Source: a virus
Taxonomy: Duplodnaviria; Caudoviricetes
Strand: one strand, 5' to 3'
Length of the DNA: 64,000 bases
IMG/VR virus record: IMGVR_UViG_3300042542_005523
In this document: piece after piece, positions 35,998-47,700 of the stretch
Layout of the letters: each line of letters starts with the position of its first letter
Position numbering within the stretch: position 1 is the stretch's first letter
Translations under genes and position numbers: made by a program
The notes under the pieces: generated by a model
The model's input: the letters and a program-made list of their open reading frames with translations, nothing else
What the model was told of the DNA's origin: nothing
Databases searched by the model: none

Positions 35998-36804
35998 ATG
36001 ACTGAAACAGAATTAATCCAAGAAATTACAGACGCGCTTAATTTCAGCTGCGGTCTTCCTTATTCCCTTAATGAACAAGAGGTTAGAAGGATTATAAAGA
36101 GAGCCAAGGATTGGTTCTATGATAACTATCAATATTCTGTTGAGGATAGAATGTTCATAATCGGTAAAGCTGTTTTTGCACATCCTGAATGGAGGGCAAC
36201 TAGACAACTGACACTCCCTGATTCGATTGTATCAGTATATGAAGTTAGAGACGTGGGTGGAGCGGGTGTTAGTGGTAATCCAGATAAGGATTTTGGTGAT
36301 TCTAAACTCCTTGGTTCCGAACTGCTGCTATCTCCTTTTATTGGTGATAATCTTGTTTATAGAACAGTTATGTACTCCTATTTTGATTTGGCTAAGGCTT
36401 ATCTATTAGCTACCTATGCTTTCAAATGGAATAAGAACTCAAAGAGACTTACCATTCAAGGACGTGATCCAAATAGATCAGGAGTAGGGGGTTCAAATAG
36501 TAATTCTAATTCACAGTTAGCTCAAGGATTTTCGAGCGGGAATGGCGGATACGATCTATATGTGAGATGTTTTGTTAAAATAGGTGACGAGTATCTTTTC
36601 GATGACGAATTGTTTGTTAGATATTGTATCGCTAAGTCCAAGATAGCTTTAGGAAGAATGCTCGGGACATTTAACTATAATCTACCTGGTGGAGTTCAAG
36701 TAAATGCAACGGATGTCATTAGCGCCGGAACCGAAGAGTTACAGGAGGTCATGGATATGATCAATGGTGAGAACACTCCTAGTTATTTCTTACAGTGGAA
36801 TTAA
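35998..36804 (+). CDS. gp13: neck protein (T4 gp13-like)
   Basis: YCIAKSKIALGRMLGTFNYNLPGGVQVNA matches the gp13 C-terminal motif. Confidence 0.8.
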   Translation: MTETELIQEITDALNFSCGLPYSLNEQEVRRIIKRAKDWFYDNYQYSVEDRMFIIGKAVFAHPEWRATRQLTLPDSIVSVYEVRDVGGAGVSGNPDKDFGDSKLLGSELLLSPFIGDNLVYRTVMYSYFDLAKAYLLATYAFKWNKNSKRLTIQGRDPNRSGVGGSNSNSNSQLAQGFSSGNGGYDLYVRCFVKIGDEYLFDDELFVRYCIAKSKIALGRMLGTFNYNLPGGVQVNATDVISAGTEELQEVMDMINGENTPSYFLQWN

Positions 36805-36857
36805 AAAATACACAGTGAGTTTATTGTAGATAGCATTTAGCTCCCTTTATTTTGATC

Positions 36858-36865
36858 GATATATA
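36858..36865 (+). promoter_or_regulatory. putative late promoter GATATATA in hairpin loop
   Basis: Upstream of the gp25-like gene. Confidence 0.7.
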
Positions 36866-36878
36866 AACAAAAATAGGG

Positions 36879-37250
36879 ATGAGAGACATTTACAACAGAG
36901 ATCCACAAGATCCTAATTACGTACCTTACATCTTAGAGGTCACAGATCCAATAGAGATCTGTGTTGGCCAGCTTAAAATGATGCTCTTGACAGACAAGGG
37001 TGAAGTTTTAGGTGATCCTAAATTTGGGCTTGCCTTGGAATCTTTAATTTTCGAATTAAATCTATCTCAGGACTCTATAAGAAAAGAGCTAGATCTTCAT
37101 CTGTCAACATATTGCCCGCTTTTTAGAGTACTCGGTGGAACATATGATTTGAAGTTTTATTTGGGTACGAATAGGGATATAGCATTTCTAGATTTTCTTT
37201 TGCCATACCAAGGCGATCAAAGTCCAGTTGTTAGTTTAAAGTTAAGTTAA
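36879..37250 (+). CDS. gp25: baseplate wedge / sheath initiator (gp25-like)
   Basis: LLTDKGEVLGDPKFGLALESLIFE. Confidence 0.8.
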   Translation: MRDIYNRDPQDPNYVPYILEVTDPIEICVGQLKMMLLTDKGEVLGDPKFGLALESLIFELNLSQDSIRKELDLHLSTYCPLFRVLGGTYDLKFYLGTNRDIAFLDFLLPYQGDQSPVVSLKLS

Positions 37251-37255
37251 AAAGC

Positions 37256-39001
37256 ATGAACATATATCAAAAGAATAGAATTCTAATCAGCGGTCTCTTA
37301 TCGGACACTTATGTTTTTCTACAGAGAACATACAATCAGTCTAGAAACGTATTTACCGCTGCTTCAGCTTGGGGACAAATACTTTTTGTATTACAGAACC
37401 TATCGCAGATGATCCTTTATTTCATAGAGGACTCAATTACCGAATTGAACATTTATCAAGCAACACGGGACTACTCAGTGAAGAGCATAGCTAGACTATC
37501 TGGGTATGATCCAGGTAGAGCATCTACAGCTCAGGGCGAGATCTCAATACAATGGAATCTTAATACTGCTCCAGTTGGTGGGGGATCAGTTATAATAGCG
37601 AACAACACACAGGTTCAATGTATACAGAACGGTAAGTACTATTCTATGATGTTACCCTCTCCGACGGTTACCTTCAATCTTGTGCCCAATAACACTCTAA
37701 GGGTTAAGATAGCACAGGGAACAGTTCAAAATGCGACTGTTACGGGGACTGGACTTGCACTTCAATCTTTTAACATACCTTCTAAATCGGGAGCTTTTAT
37801 TGATCAATATTATGTGAACGTTTATGTGAATGAGGAGAAGTGGAAAAGATATGATTCTTTTTATGATATGCCTTTGCAGGGATCTACTTTCATAGTAAGA
37901 ACCGGTATTTCACAGGGAATTGATGTCTATTTTGGTAATGGTAATTTTGGCAAGGTTCCACCTCCTGGATCTATAATAAGAATAGAGTACATACAGACAC
38001 TAGGAGGACAAGGAAATCTTAGATCAACAGCAGATAAGCCAATTACTTATAGATTCACAACTTTAGGGACCGATCTATTTGGACAGCAGCTTAATCTTAA
38101 TGATTGTGTTAATATCAGAAATGAGGTTGATCCTTTGTTTGGTAGCGATCCCGAGAGTACTGAACTTATAAGATTGGTTGCACCCTATACTAGTAGAGCG
38201 TTCGTTCTGGCAAATCCACAATCGTATGAAATATATTTGACAAGATTAAATATTTTCTCGCAAATACATGCTTACTCTACTTTTGAAGATGAATATTTGG
38301 ACGATGATAATATAGTTTACATTTATCTAGTTCCAGATATAACTCTCAACCTAGAATCAAACCAGGATTACTTTGATATACCCACAGCGGAGTTTATACT
38401 TTCACCTGAAATGAAATTAGCTATAATAAATCTTCTGGAGGATTCAGGACAAATGATAGCTACTACCGTGTTAAAGATAATTGATCCAGCTATAACTAGG
38501 ATAGTTGGTAACGCTTCTGTTACGATATTTGAAGGCAACGATCCAACTACCATAAAGAACACTATCCGTAGATCCATAGCAAGCTATATGCTCAATCTAA
38601 AGAGAAGAGACAGAATACCAAGATCTGATATTATCGCTATATTAGAATCTATACCAGGTGTTGACTCAGCTAACTTCTTTTTTACAAGCCAGAAGAATGA
38701 AGCAAATCAGTTAACAATGCAGGGTGCTACTAATTTAAACGCTGCAACACTTAACACTCAGGTTGGAATAGATTCTTTCGGTGACATCCTCATAGGAAGA
38801 AATGAGTTAGTAATAATGAGAGGAGGATGGACAGACCGTTACGGCGTGACCTATAAAGAAGGTATCGTTGATGGCGCACCTTGTTCTTTGAATATTGATA
38901 TACCTTATGTGGTTCCTAATACATTTAACACAGAATCCGCTAAGAACCAGAAGTCTGTTATTATTGATTCTAACAGCCAGACCGTACCAAGAACAATGTA
39001 A
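37256..39001 (+). CDS. gp6: baseplate wedge protein (gp6-like)
   Basis: ATRDYSVKSIARLSGYDP, VYFGNGNFGKVPPPGSIIRIEY, GSDPESTELIR, SDIIAILESIPGVD. Confidence 0.8.
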   Translation: MNIYQKNRILISGLLSDTYVFLQRTYNQSRNVFTAASAWGQILFVLQNLSQMILYFIEDSITELNIYQATRDYSVKSIARLSGYDPGRASTAQGEISIQWNLNTAPVGGGSVIIANNTQVQCIQNGKYYSMMLPSPTVTFNLVPNNTLRVKIAQGTVQNATVTGTGLALQSFNIPSKSGAFIDQYYVNVYVNEEKWKRYDSFYDMPLQGSTFIVRTGISQGIDVYFGNGNFGKVPPPGSIIRIEYIQTLGGQGNLRSTADKPITYRFTTLGTDLFGQQLNLNDCVNIRNEVDPLFGSDPESTELIRLVAPYTSRAFVLANPQSYEIYLTRLNIFSQIHAYSTFEDEYLDDDNIVYIYLVPDITLNLESNQDYFDIPTAEFILSPEMKLAIINLLEDSGQMIATTVLKIIDPAITRIVGNASVTIFEGNDPTTIKNTIRRSIASYMLNLKRRDRIPRSDIIAILESIPGVDSANFFFTSQKNEANQLTMQGATNLNAATLNTQVGIDSFGDILIGRNELVIMRGGWTDRYGVTYKEGIVDGAPCSLNIDIPYVVPNTFNTESAKNQKSVIIDSNSQTVPRTM

Positions 39002-39003
39002 TT

Positions 39004-39543
39004 ATGGCGTCAAATAATAGATTTCTACCGCAATTCCAGGACCCTGAAGGAGGAGTAAATTTTACTGTTGTAAGAAAGGTTCCGCCTACTACAAACAGTA
39101 CATATTACCAGCCCAATGACGTGTATGCAACCACGCAGTTAGCAGAGGAAAGATCATATAATATAGGATGCACCGGTTACAGAAACGTAACGGTTAATGC
39201 AACAGGAACCGTTAAATATGCTCCGTGTGCAGCTTCTGCTACTTATGTTATCCTCATGCAGGGTATGCCTAAGATTAATCAGGAGAGGATCTATTATGCA
39301 TTCGATCCAACTGATAATATAGATGATGTTAAAAATAGCATTAATGACAACATCTATACAGGTTTTGAGTATAAAGAAAAGATTTTTGAGAAATCTATGT
39401 CTAAAGTCATACTAAGAGATCCAGTAAAAGCTTCTATACTTCAATACTTCCAGAGGGTAGTTTTTGGATTAATAGAATCGACAAAACAGATAAGTAACTT
39501 CGTTAACTATACAGTGAAGAAAAATAACAGGAGAGTATTCTAA
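39004..39543 (+). CDS. hypothetical baseplate-region protein
   Basis: 179-aa ORF tightly packed between gp6-like and the 1720-aa gene. Confidence 0.7.
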   Translation: MASNNRFLPQFQDPEGGVNFTVVRKVPPTTNSTYYQPNDVYATTQLAEERSYNIGCTGYRNVTVNATGTVKYAPCAASATYVILMQGMPKINQERIYYAFDPTDNIDDVKNSINDNIYTGFEYKEKIFEKSMSKVILRDPVKASILQYFQRVVFGLIESTKQISNFVNYTVKKNNRRVF

Positions 39544-42500
39544 TGGCAGACAGTAAGTTAAAGTTTTTTAATAAATCGGGCAATCCGCTCAACTTTGCTT
39601 ACGTTGGGCCAACTGGACCAACCCCTCTTGATTTCAAGCTACTATATGTTAGCTCATCCACATCGAATTCTAGGGGGCAGCTGGACGTAAGCAATCTAGA
39701 CAACACCTCTACTTTGGTATTTAACATACAGGATACTAACGGATTTAATATCACAGGATGGGCCAATGAATTAAGTTACTTTCTAGACAGAGGTGCGGAG
39801 GTTGATATAACCCTTGACATCCTACCAGAAAATCAATTCAGAGGTAGGGTTTCTAGCGTAACAGTGGGGGGCAGTTCCATTACCGTTGTCTTTTCTCAAG
39901 TAAATGGACTTGTTATAATTTCAACCGGAAAAAATATAAAGGTTACAACTAACTACGCATATAGACCTGGTGGTTATTTTACTGGTAACATATATTTCGA
40001 TCAAGTTTCAGCCGGCCTTTACGAAAACCAGCAGATATTTGTGGTAGAAGAAGGATATGGACTTTCAACGGAAGCGGAAACGTGGAGCAGCGTTTCTAGC
40101 GGATCCAGCTTAAATTCTTACATTAGATCAGTGTTTACAGGTAGCGAAACTGTTCTTGTGGCTGGTAGAGCTGGCGGTTCTGGACTTTTTAGATATTCAA
40201 CCGATGGCGGGCAGAGCTTCACCCCAATATCAATATCAAGCCAAATTGTATATGGATTAGGTTGGAATGGGTTATCCGGGTCCTCCTCTGTGTTCTTGCT
40301 AAGTACATTGAGCTCGGCTAATAGAATATTTAGAGGTACAGGATCAAGTGTTTCGCCTACTGTTTCTGCAGCCAGTTCCATGCCCGCTATACCAGGAGGA
40401 CAGAAGAACGATATGAGAGGCGTAGCCTTTACCAATCAATCTGGAGGTGGCGTAGCTATATCTGTCGGACGTCTTTATAGTAATTTGGATCCTACTGGAG
40501 GTGGAACATCACTAGCTAGTGTTATCTGGAGGTCGACTGACAGCGGTGACAACTGGACCGATATATCACCGGCTTCAACTTCCGGTCTGTGGGACGTTGT
40601 TTTCCAGAGCGGAAATGGATTTATAGTAGGTGAAGATTCTATATTGCTATTTTCTAGCGACTCTGGAGCTAGCTGGACAGCTACTACCAGTCCTGCATCA
40701 TCTGATTTCAGGAGAGGTTTTTTGCTTCCTAATGGCAAGGGATTTGCTGTTGGAACAGGTGGAGTCCTAATAACAACCGGGGATTTTGGACAATCGTGGT
40801 CCGCTCTAGATACTGGTGTATCCGTAGATCTGTTCGATGTCTATTTCTGGGACAGCATGAACGGATTCATAGTTGGTGATGGCGGAATTATACTTAGAAC
40901 CAAAAATGGGGGGTTTTCTTGGTTACAACAAGCCTCACCCATTTCTTCAGATCTGCTCACGGTATATGCAGATCCATCCTCATCTAACTATGGATTTGCG
41001 GGCGGCTCAAGTGAGACCGTTATATCTGCTAATATAGACATAGAGCTTCAGTATCTTTATCCTAGAGCGGGATCTACAGGAGCTGCCGGTCCTTCACTAT
41101 GGAGGACTAGGTGGGAGAGCGATAACTACGGCGACGTGGACGTTTCAGAGGTTATATTCACATATAAAATAGTAGAAGGAGTTGGGGGAACGGGGGGTGA
41201 GCAATATCCTCTTATCGTTTCTTATCCTAATATAGCAATACCTGTAGACTATAGCGTAGACGATTATTATTCAAATGGATATCTGATAAGTGGGTCTAGT
41301 GGACCTGCCCATTCAGAGGCTCTTCCCATAAACGTTGCTTTAAATGCAACCGATCTCTATGCTGACGTTTATCAGAGAAAATTGATAGTAGAGGATCTTT
41401 CATCTGGAACACCAGAGAAAGTTTTGGTTGTTGATTTTTACGGAGAGGTTGTTGGCGAGGACGAGAGATTCAATGTAATGCTTCAGAATTTAGGCAGAAC
41501 TTTCTATGCGCAGGATGCTAATATTTTAAGGGATAGCGATCCAAAAGAACCCCTACCTAACTTTTTAGAAATTAATGAGAAAAGAAAGGAACTTTTATTT
41601 GCCGGCGATCAAATATACAATTATATAGGTGCCTATAAGGGATTGATCAACGCATTGAAATTCTTTGGTTATCAGGATTTAAGGATCAAGGAATATTGGC
41701 TTAATCTTGCATACAACTCGGTTGAAAAGGCATCTCCCCTTTTACAGAATAATGCTTTCCTAGCACAGTATCAATATCAAAATGGTGGAGCCTATAGTCA
41801 GAGTGTTCTGATTAGCGACGTTTTAGATAATGCTAATAAAGGAAAGTATAGATTAGAGCAGACATATGGGCCAGGCCCGGATGGAACTTACGTTCTTGAT
41901 GTCTCTTCTGAGTCTACTTTAGTTCCTAGTAGAACCTACAAAAAGACTTCGTTATTTGGTCTTTATTATGATCTTAACAAGCAAACAACGGATGTTGATG
42001 TTTATGGATATCCTGTTGTTGTTGACTCGTTCACCTTCACACAGGAAGAGGTTTTGATTAAACTTTTTGCTCTTAAAGAAAGACTTAAAGCAACATATCT
42101 CCCTTTGAATGCAAGAATAGTTGATATCTGTGGTGAAGGTATTTACTTTACAGTTTACAACACTAAAGCTTGGACTGATTCCATGGTTAGATCCGATATA
42201 CAATCCGGATTTTATCTTGATATAGTAGCCAATCCCGATTTTGGATTTATCGAGGATCTAAGAGCTTTTTCAACCAGACCTTATTCAACATCACTACAAA
42301 CACCTGAAAATTACGGGGATCTGGTTAGTGTTAACGTTGAATTGTACGGTGCTACGGGTTCATCCGGTGGTGCTCTATATTTTGAAGGAATCCCAGCTAC
42401 AGGCGGAAATCAGACTTTACAGGTTTATGCAGGCAAGCAATATAATTTCAATCTTACTGCTAATATACAGTCTGTACAGGTTGGTGATTATGATTTTTAT

Positions 42501-44705
42501 TTAAGCACCACACCATATCCGACTCAAACTGATCCACTGGGTGTTACTGGGAATGGTACGACAGGGGCTACACCTCTGGAGTGGTATGTAAACCCGCAAG
42601 AGGTTACTACTGTGTATTATTACTCCACTGTTAACCCCGCTTTTATAAATGGCACCATCTCAGTTTTACCTTCACCTGTTTCTGATTTTGGAAACATTTC
42701 AGATCCGCTTTATTATCTGCAAACTAGATCTGCCGCAGAGAATGCTACTATGGTTCAGGCCATCTCTAATTGGTATCAGCAAAAGGAGAACGGGAATCTA
42801 AAAAAGCTTGGTGATGGTATACAGGACCCGAATCCTCTAGTTGACCCAATAAGCGGACAACCGTATCAGAACCCTCTGGGCATGCCAGTTGTTCTTGAAT
42901 TGCTAACTGATACATGGCTTTGGAGTGAAATGAGCATGAGTTGGAGCTCCCTGACACTTCCCCTATTTAATGTGGGTGACTATGCATTGGTTAGGCAATA
43001 TCAGGATTTCGTTACATTTGGTTTAACCGGTGGATATTACGGAACTGTAACATCAATTAACTATGCAGCTGGCGAATATACCTTGCTGAAGGATGTAGGT
43101 GGATCTGTAACGGTAGGTGGTGAGCTTTTAGTTTCACCAATACAGGAATATCTGATGTTAACATGGGCTAATGTAGATTTCTCTAACATGTTTGAAATCG
43201 AGTGGATCATACAGAAGATACCAACAGAACCAGGTTTACCCTATTATTATGAATTTAGAGGGAATATCCTAAGTTATTATAAATTTTCACACTTTATTCC
43301 TTACACTGGAAAGTATAAGGTAATCTGTAATGTCTATGACGGATTTAATGCAAAAACAAATGTAATCAAGAATAACCTGATTGAGGTTGCTCCTTCTACG
43401 ATTGATATTGATGCATGGACGAGATATAGAGAAGTGGAGTATTATGACTGGGAGCAAGTATACAAGCCATGGGAGCTTTACCAGTCAATATGGGAATACC
43501 CCGCTGAGGGAATGACTTATCAAGAGCTGAATAAAGAAATGCCAGCTCAGATGCTTGCTTATGCAACTTATGGTAATAATGTCGAGGAGGGTCAGAGCTT
43601 ATATGTAGGAGCATATTCAGATCCTATAGGAGCAACCGGATATTTAGAACTATCACAATCGATATTAACTCCAACCTCCATAGCTTCTCCGGATTCGCCA
43701 TCTTATCCAGGAACATTCGGATTCGCTGAAATTACAACCTCTGCTGCTCATGGACTTTTGCTTGGAGACTATGTTTGGATATGTAACTCAGATACACCGG
43801 AGGTTAATGGAAACTGGCAGGTGCAGGAGATATTCAGTACTACAGTTTTTTCCATATCGCTTACTCTAGATACGTCTATGTCTGGTGTGGTTTATTCATC
43901 GAGCGAGAACTCGGTTACTTTAAATGGCAACGAAACAATTGCTACGCCTGGATCGATTAAAGTCTATATTGACAATAGACTAATTGGTGAAACAACAAAT
44001 GGCGATAATCTTTATAAGACTACAAACAGCTTAGTTGCCTCTGTAAATCAGCTGGTTACGTATCCGGATTACTATGCTTCGTCTCCAGATCCAATTGGTG
44101 CTACAAATATAGTTACGATACAGGCTCCTGATATAACGGGTGCTCAGTTTAACGGGTCCGTTTTAACAACGGTTGTTACTGGATCTATATCTGTTCCTAG
44201 TTCTTCTGCATCACTCAGCGGAGGAACCGGATCTTATTATGGTTATACATATTGGAATGAAACTTCTGAGACGTACCCTAATGCTAATCTAAAATATTGG
44301 GGTGTTAAAAATCTAGATTGGCAGATATTCGAGGAGAGTCAATGGGTTGATGCCTATGCACACTCTTGGGAAGATTTCGCCTATAATGGTGAATGGCTAG
44401 GTGGATTCGAGATACACACCGCAACCGATGGCGATCACCTAAAGTTAAGCACTGCAACTGAGCTTTATCCGGCTCCCGTTGGTGTAACATTTACAGCTTC
44501 TTCACCTAGCACATTAACACTTCAGGAAGTTGCTGACCAGCTTAATAACTCTAGTGATGACTATATTACTGACTTCTACTATACAGTTATGCCTCCTGGG
44601 ATAGACTCGTCCACATTAGCTAACACATCGGATCTTGCTAACACATCAGAAAATATTTTTGCTGTGTCTGCATCAACCGGTACAACCCCACCGTACAGAA
44701 GTTGA
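39543..44705 (+). CDS. large baseplate wedge protein (gp7-like position) with inserted BNR/Asp-box beta-propeller
   Basis: Follows gp6; YIGAYKGLINALKFFGY motif; five Asp-box motifs between nt about 40079 and 41030. Confidence 0.6.
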   Translation: MADSKLKFFNKSGNPLNFAYVGPTGPTPLDFKLLYVSSSTSNSRGQLDVSNLDNTSTLVFNIQDTNGFNITGWANELSYFLDRGAEVDITLDILPENQFRGRVSSVTVGGSSITVVFSQVNGLVIISTGKNIKVTTNYAYRPGGYFTGNIYFDQVSAGLYENQQIFVVEEGYGLSTEAETWSSVSSGSSLNSYIRSVFTGSETVLVAGRAGGSGLFRYSTDGGQSFTPISISSQIVYGLGWNGLSGSSSVFLLSTLSSANRIFRGTGSSVSPTVSAASSMPAIPGGQKNDMRGVAFTNQSGGGVAISVGRLYSNLDPTGGGTSLASVIWRSTDSGDNWTDISPASTSGLWDVVFQSGNGFIVGEDSILLFSSDSGASWTATTSPASSDFRRGFLLPNGKGFAVGTGGVLITTGDFGQSWSALDTGVSVDLFDVYFWDSMNGFIVGDGGIILRTKNGGFSWLQQASPISSDLLTVYADPSSSNYGFAGGSSETVISANIDIELQYLYPRAGSTGAAGPSLWRTRWESDNYGDVDVSEVIFTYKIVEGVGGTGGEQYPLIVSYPNIAIPVDYSVDDYYSNGYLISGSSGPAHSEALPINVALNATDLYADVYQRKLIVEDLSSGTPEKVLVVDFYGEVVGEDERFNVMLQNLGRTFYAQDANILRDSDPKEPLPNFLEINEKRKELLFAGDQIYNYIGAYKGLINALKFFGYQDLRIKEYWLNLAYNSVEKASPLLQNNAFLAQYQYQNGGAYSQSVLISDVLDNANKGKYRLEQTYGPGPDGTYVLDVSSESTLVPSRTYKKTSLFGLYYDLNKQTTDVDVYGYPVVVDSFTFTQEEVLIKLFALKERLKATYLPLNARIVDICGEGIYFTVYNTKAWTDSMVRSDIQSGFYLDIVANPDFGFIEDLRAFSTRPYSTSLQTPENYGDLVSVNVELYGATGSSGGALYFEGIPATGGNQTLQVYAGKQYNFNLTANIQSVQVGDYDFYLSTTPYPTQTDPLGVTGNGTTGATPLEWYVNPQEVTTVYYYSTVNPAFINGTISVLPSPVSDFGNISDPLYYLQTRSAAENATMVQAISNWYQQKENGNLKKLGDGIQDPNPLVDPISGQPYQNPLGMPVVLELLTDTWLWSEMSMSWSSLTLPLFNVGDYALVRQYQDFVTFGLTGGYYGTVTSINYAAGEYTLLKDVGGSVTVGGELLVSPIQEYLMLTWANVDFSNMFEIEWIIQKIPTEPGLPYYYEFRGNILSYYKFSHFIPYTGKYKVICNVYDGFNAKTNVIKNNLIEVAPSTIDIDAWTRYREVEYYDWEQVYKPWELYQSIWEYPAEGMTYQELNKEMPAQMLAYATYGNNVEEGQSLYVGAYSDPIGATGYLELSQSILTPTSIASPDSPSYPGTFGFAEITTSAAHGLLLGDYVWICNSDTPEVNGNWQVQEIFSTTVFSISLTLDTSMSGVVYSSSENSVTLNGNETIATPGSIKVYIDNRLIGETTNGDNLYKTTNSLVASVNQLVTYPDYYASSPDPIGATNIVTIQAPDITGAQFNGSVLTTVVTGSISVPSSSASLSGGTGSYYGYTYWNETSETYPNANLKYWGVKNLDWQIFEESQWVDAYAHSWEDFAYNGEWLGGFEIHTATDGDHLKLSTATELYPAPVGVTFTASSPSTLTLQEVADQLNNSSDDYITDFYYTVMPPGIDSSTLANTSDLANTSENIFAVSASTGTTPPYRS

Positions 44706-44723
44706 TCCCTTATTTTTTAATGC

Positions 44724-44731
44724 AATATATA
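44724..44731 (+). promoter_or_regulatory. late-type box variant AATATATA
   Basis: 5 nt before ATG 44737. Confidence 0.45.
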
Positions 44732-44736
44732 ATTGA

Positions 44737-47700
44737 ATGCCATACTCAGGATTATACACACTAGGATTCGATATAGATTCGAACGATAAAATTTGGGCGG
44801 TAGGTCAAGATCTAAGAATGTTCAATGGAGCAACTTGGACCTACTATAATTACCAAAATTCAGCAGTGCCTTCGGTGGCACCTTACTATCTGGACACAAG
44901 GACGGTATCGATTTCTCCAGATGGGACTAAATGGGTTGGCTGTGCGGAGATAGCATCTCTAGACGACCCCGCTATTTTCTATATAGCACCGGATGATGTT
45001 AATACTGGAAAGTCCTGGTCATTCAATGACATAGATACTTTTAATTCCCCGATGGAGGTTTCTAAAATATATGCTTGTCCATATGGCAATGATGTTTTAG
45101 CTTTCTTAACATTAGGCGGAACCGGATCTGCTGGCTTAACAGGTGGATTTCTCTATAGATATGACATACCAAATGACTCTTGGAAAAGAGTTGCAGACGG
45201 GTACATCTGGCCTCATATTTATGACATTAAAGCTAGAGGGTTTGGAGGGGACGACTATAGATATTATCTAGGCACAAGCCAGGGTATAATAGAAATTCCA
45301 GGTGAAGAACTTGGTGTTTCTTACTTAGAAGGTAATATACCATATATTCCTTCTGCTAACTTTTATAATTCTTCGAATTTTTCAAACCTAAGCGATAACA
45401 TATACTCACTTGGATTAGATGAGAACTTCAACCTATGGTCAGGTTCTGACTCCGGAAAACTACAATTCTGGGATTTCCAAACCTGGCAGACCTTTGATAC
45501 ACCAGGTGCTACTGCTAGTGTTACTAGTTTAGCGATAAGAGACAACGGTCACGTATTCTGGGGTAATTATGATATTGGTCCTGGACTATATCACTTTAAT
45601 GGGGTTACCGGCTCTCTAATTGGTCTTAGCGGAAGTAATCAGATACTTTCACTGGGCATACAAAATAGAAACAGAAACCAGGACGGTGTTTTGACTTACG
45701 AAAACGATCTTTGGATACTAGCTCAAAATCAGCTAGATAGACTTTCATATGAGGTTCCTTATGTGAAAGCTTCTAGTTTACAGCAGGGTGCAACAGGATG
45801 GAATTTCACTTACTACACGCAGGCAACTGGAAGTACTAGACCTTTTGCTAACTCCATACCTGGTGTTAATAAGTACACCTGGGAATACCCTTACTGGCAG
45901 ACATATCAAACGGATTATCTTCAGTACAAGTTCCCTGGTCTAGATCCAAGAAATCTTTTTCTAACAACGGAGCTTTCCGCTATAGCTTCAGGAGAAGCTG
46001 GCAAGCAGCCTTATTGGAATAATCCACCAATACCCTCTGTGGAGGATATGGATTTAGTAGATAGCGTGCAAGAAGCTAAATGGGCACAGATAGTTTCAAA
46101 TCTATTAGTTGCAAATGTCACTGATTTCTTTATTTATACCAATTGTATAATTGATACAGAAGCTTATAAGAGATATGTTATAGGTGGGACTATAAAAGGC
46201 AGATACGAGCCTTTCTCTAATGGGGTGGAGGTCTCTCCAGCATCCAGTGGTATTCTTTTGGGGAAAGATATAAACGGTGACGATGCTTATCTTTTTGCCA
46301 GCAATCCTTCCTTAGCGGGGTCACTCAATATACGGGGAGGTCAGACTTATAATGCATCGGCTCCTCCTGCTTCTTCAACGGAATCGTATACCGGATTCAT
46401 AGCTAGTTATGACGAGGATGGAAGAGTAATTGATTCGATGGTGATCCCGGGTAAAAGCACAAAGGTTCTAAGAATAATACCATCAGAGGACGGAAATTCG
46501 ATATACGTTGGTGGGTCATTCAATGGACTAATAGAGGTCGGAGACTATATCTGGTCTTCGGTAGCCCCTACCGTAGGTCCTACTGGTGCACCTATCGGGT
46601 TAACCAATTCCGATGTTCCAGGACTTGATACCGATTATAGCTGGATTTATACACCAGGTGGAACAGGTGCATATTCTCCTAATGTGGGAATACAGTGGAC
46701 TTACAGAAATCCATCCAGTACAAGTACATCAAATTCCAATTTTAGATTATACGGGGAGGATGGTGTAACACAGGTTTCTGGCGATCTATCAAGTTCAACT
46801 GCAATCAAGTACATTTCCCTTGGGTCTTCTCCGGCATCAGGATCTTTTTCACTGTCAAGCTCTAATTTGTACACAGGAATGGTAGTACAAATAGGAGGTG
46901 CTTATTATAGGATTGATACAATAACATTTAATCTACCGGATAGTAATTTTAGTTCTATTGTTCGTTGTATAGGTGTTACGTGGGTATCCGGGACACAAAG
47001 TTTAACATCAGGAAGTAATTATAATTTTGATTTCTGGTACTGGAATCAGCTATCATTCCCGTTGATTAGAAATGGCGCTACTAGTACAAGCTCAATAGAG
47101 GCAGGATCTGGTATTTTTATAATGGAATTAACTAACAATATTGGAAACACGACTTCTCTAAGGGACGTTAACTCCGAGACCGATTGGAAATACCAGGTTA
47201 AGAACTTTAGACACTTCCCTTCTGATGTTAATGCGGTAAACCCGAATACTGTTGAACAGCTGATGATGGATTCATCCCTGGATAAATTGGCTTTCTCTTT
47301 CCAGACTGATTATACTACACCCACTTACAAAATATCAACACTAAAGAATGCATGGAATAGAACTACTGATAATATTTACGTACCCGACCAATTAGGGAAC
47401 ACCGGTACTTCATCAGATGTTAATGGCGTCATTATTATGAATTCATTAGATTTCAGCTTAAGAGCAGCGGCACAGATTAATAATGACGGAATGGATAGCG
47501 TAACTGCTGTTTCTGTAGCTTCGCTATCCGGAACGGAGACCTTAGCGGTCAATGGCTCTACTAATGTTAGCATCAATATAACCGGGGTTACACTTACCAA
47601 TCCTACTGTTTATAGCGGCTATAAACCTTTCTATTTTATCATGGATTATTCAGACCCCGGTAACATAGGTATCACTGGAAGTTTCTTTAGCTCTTTTGGT

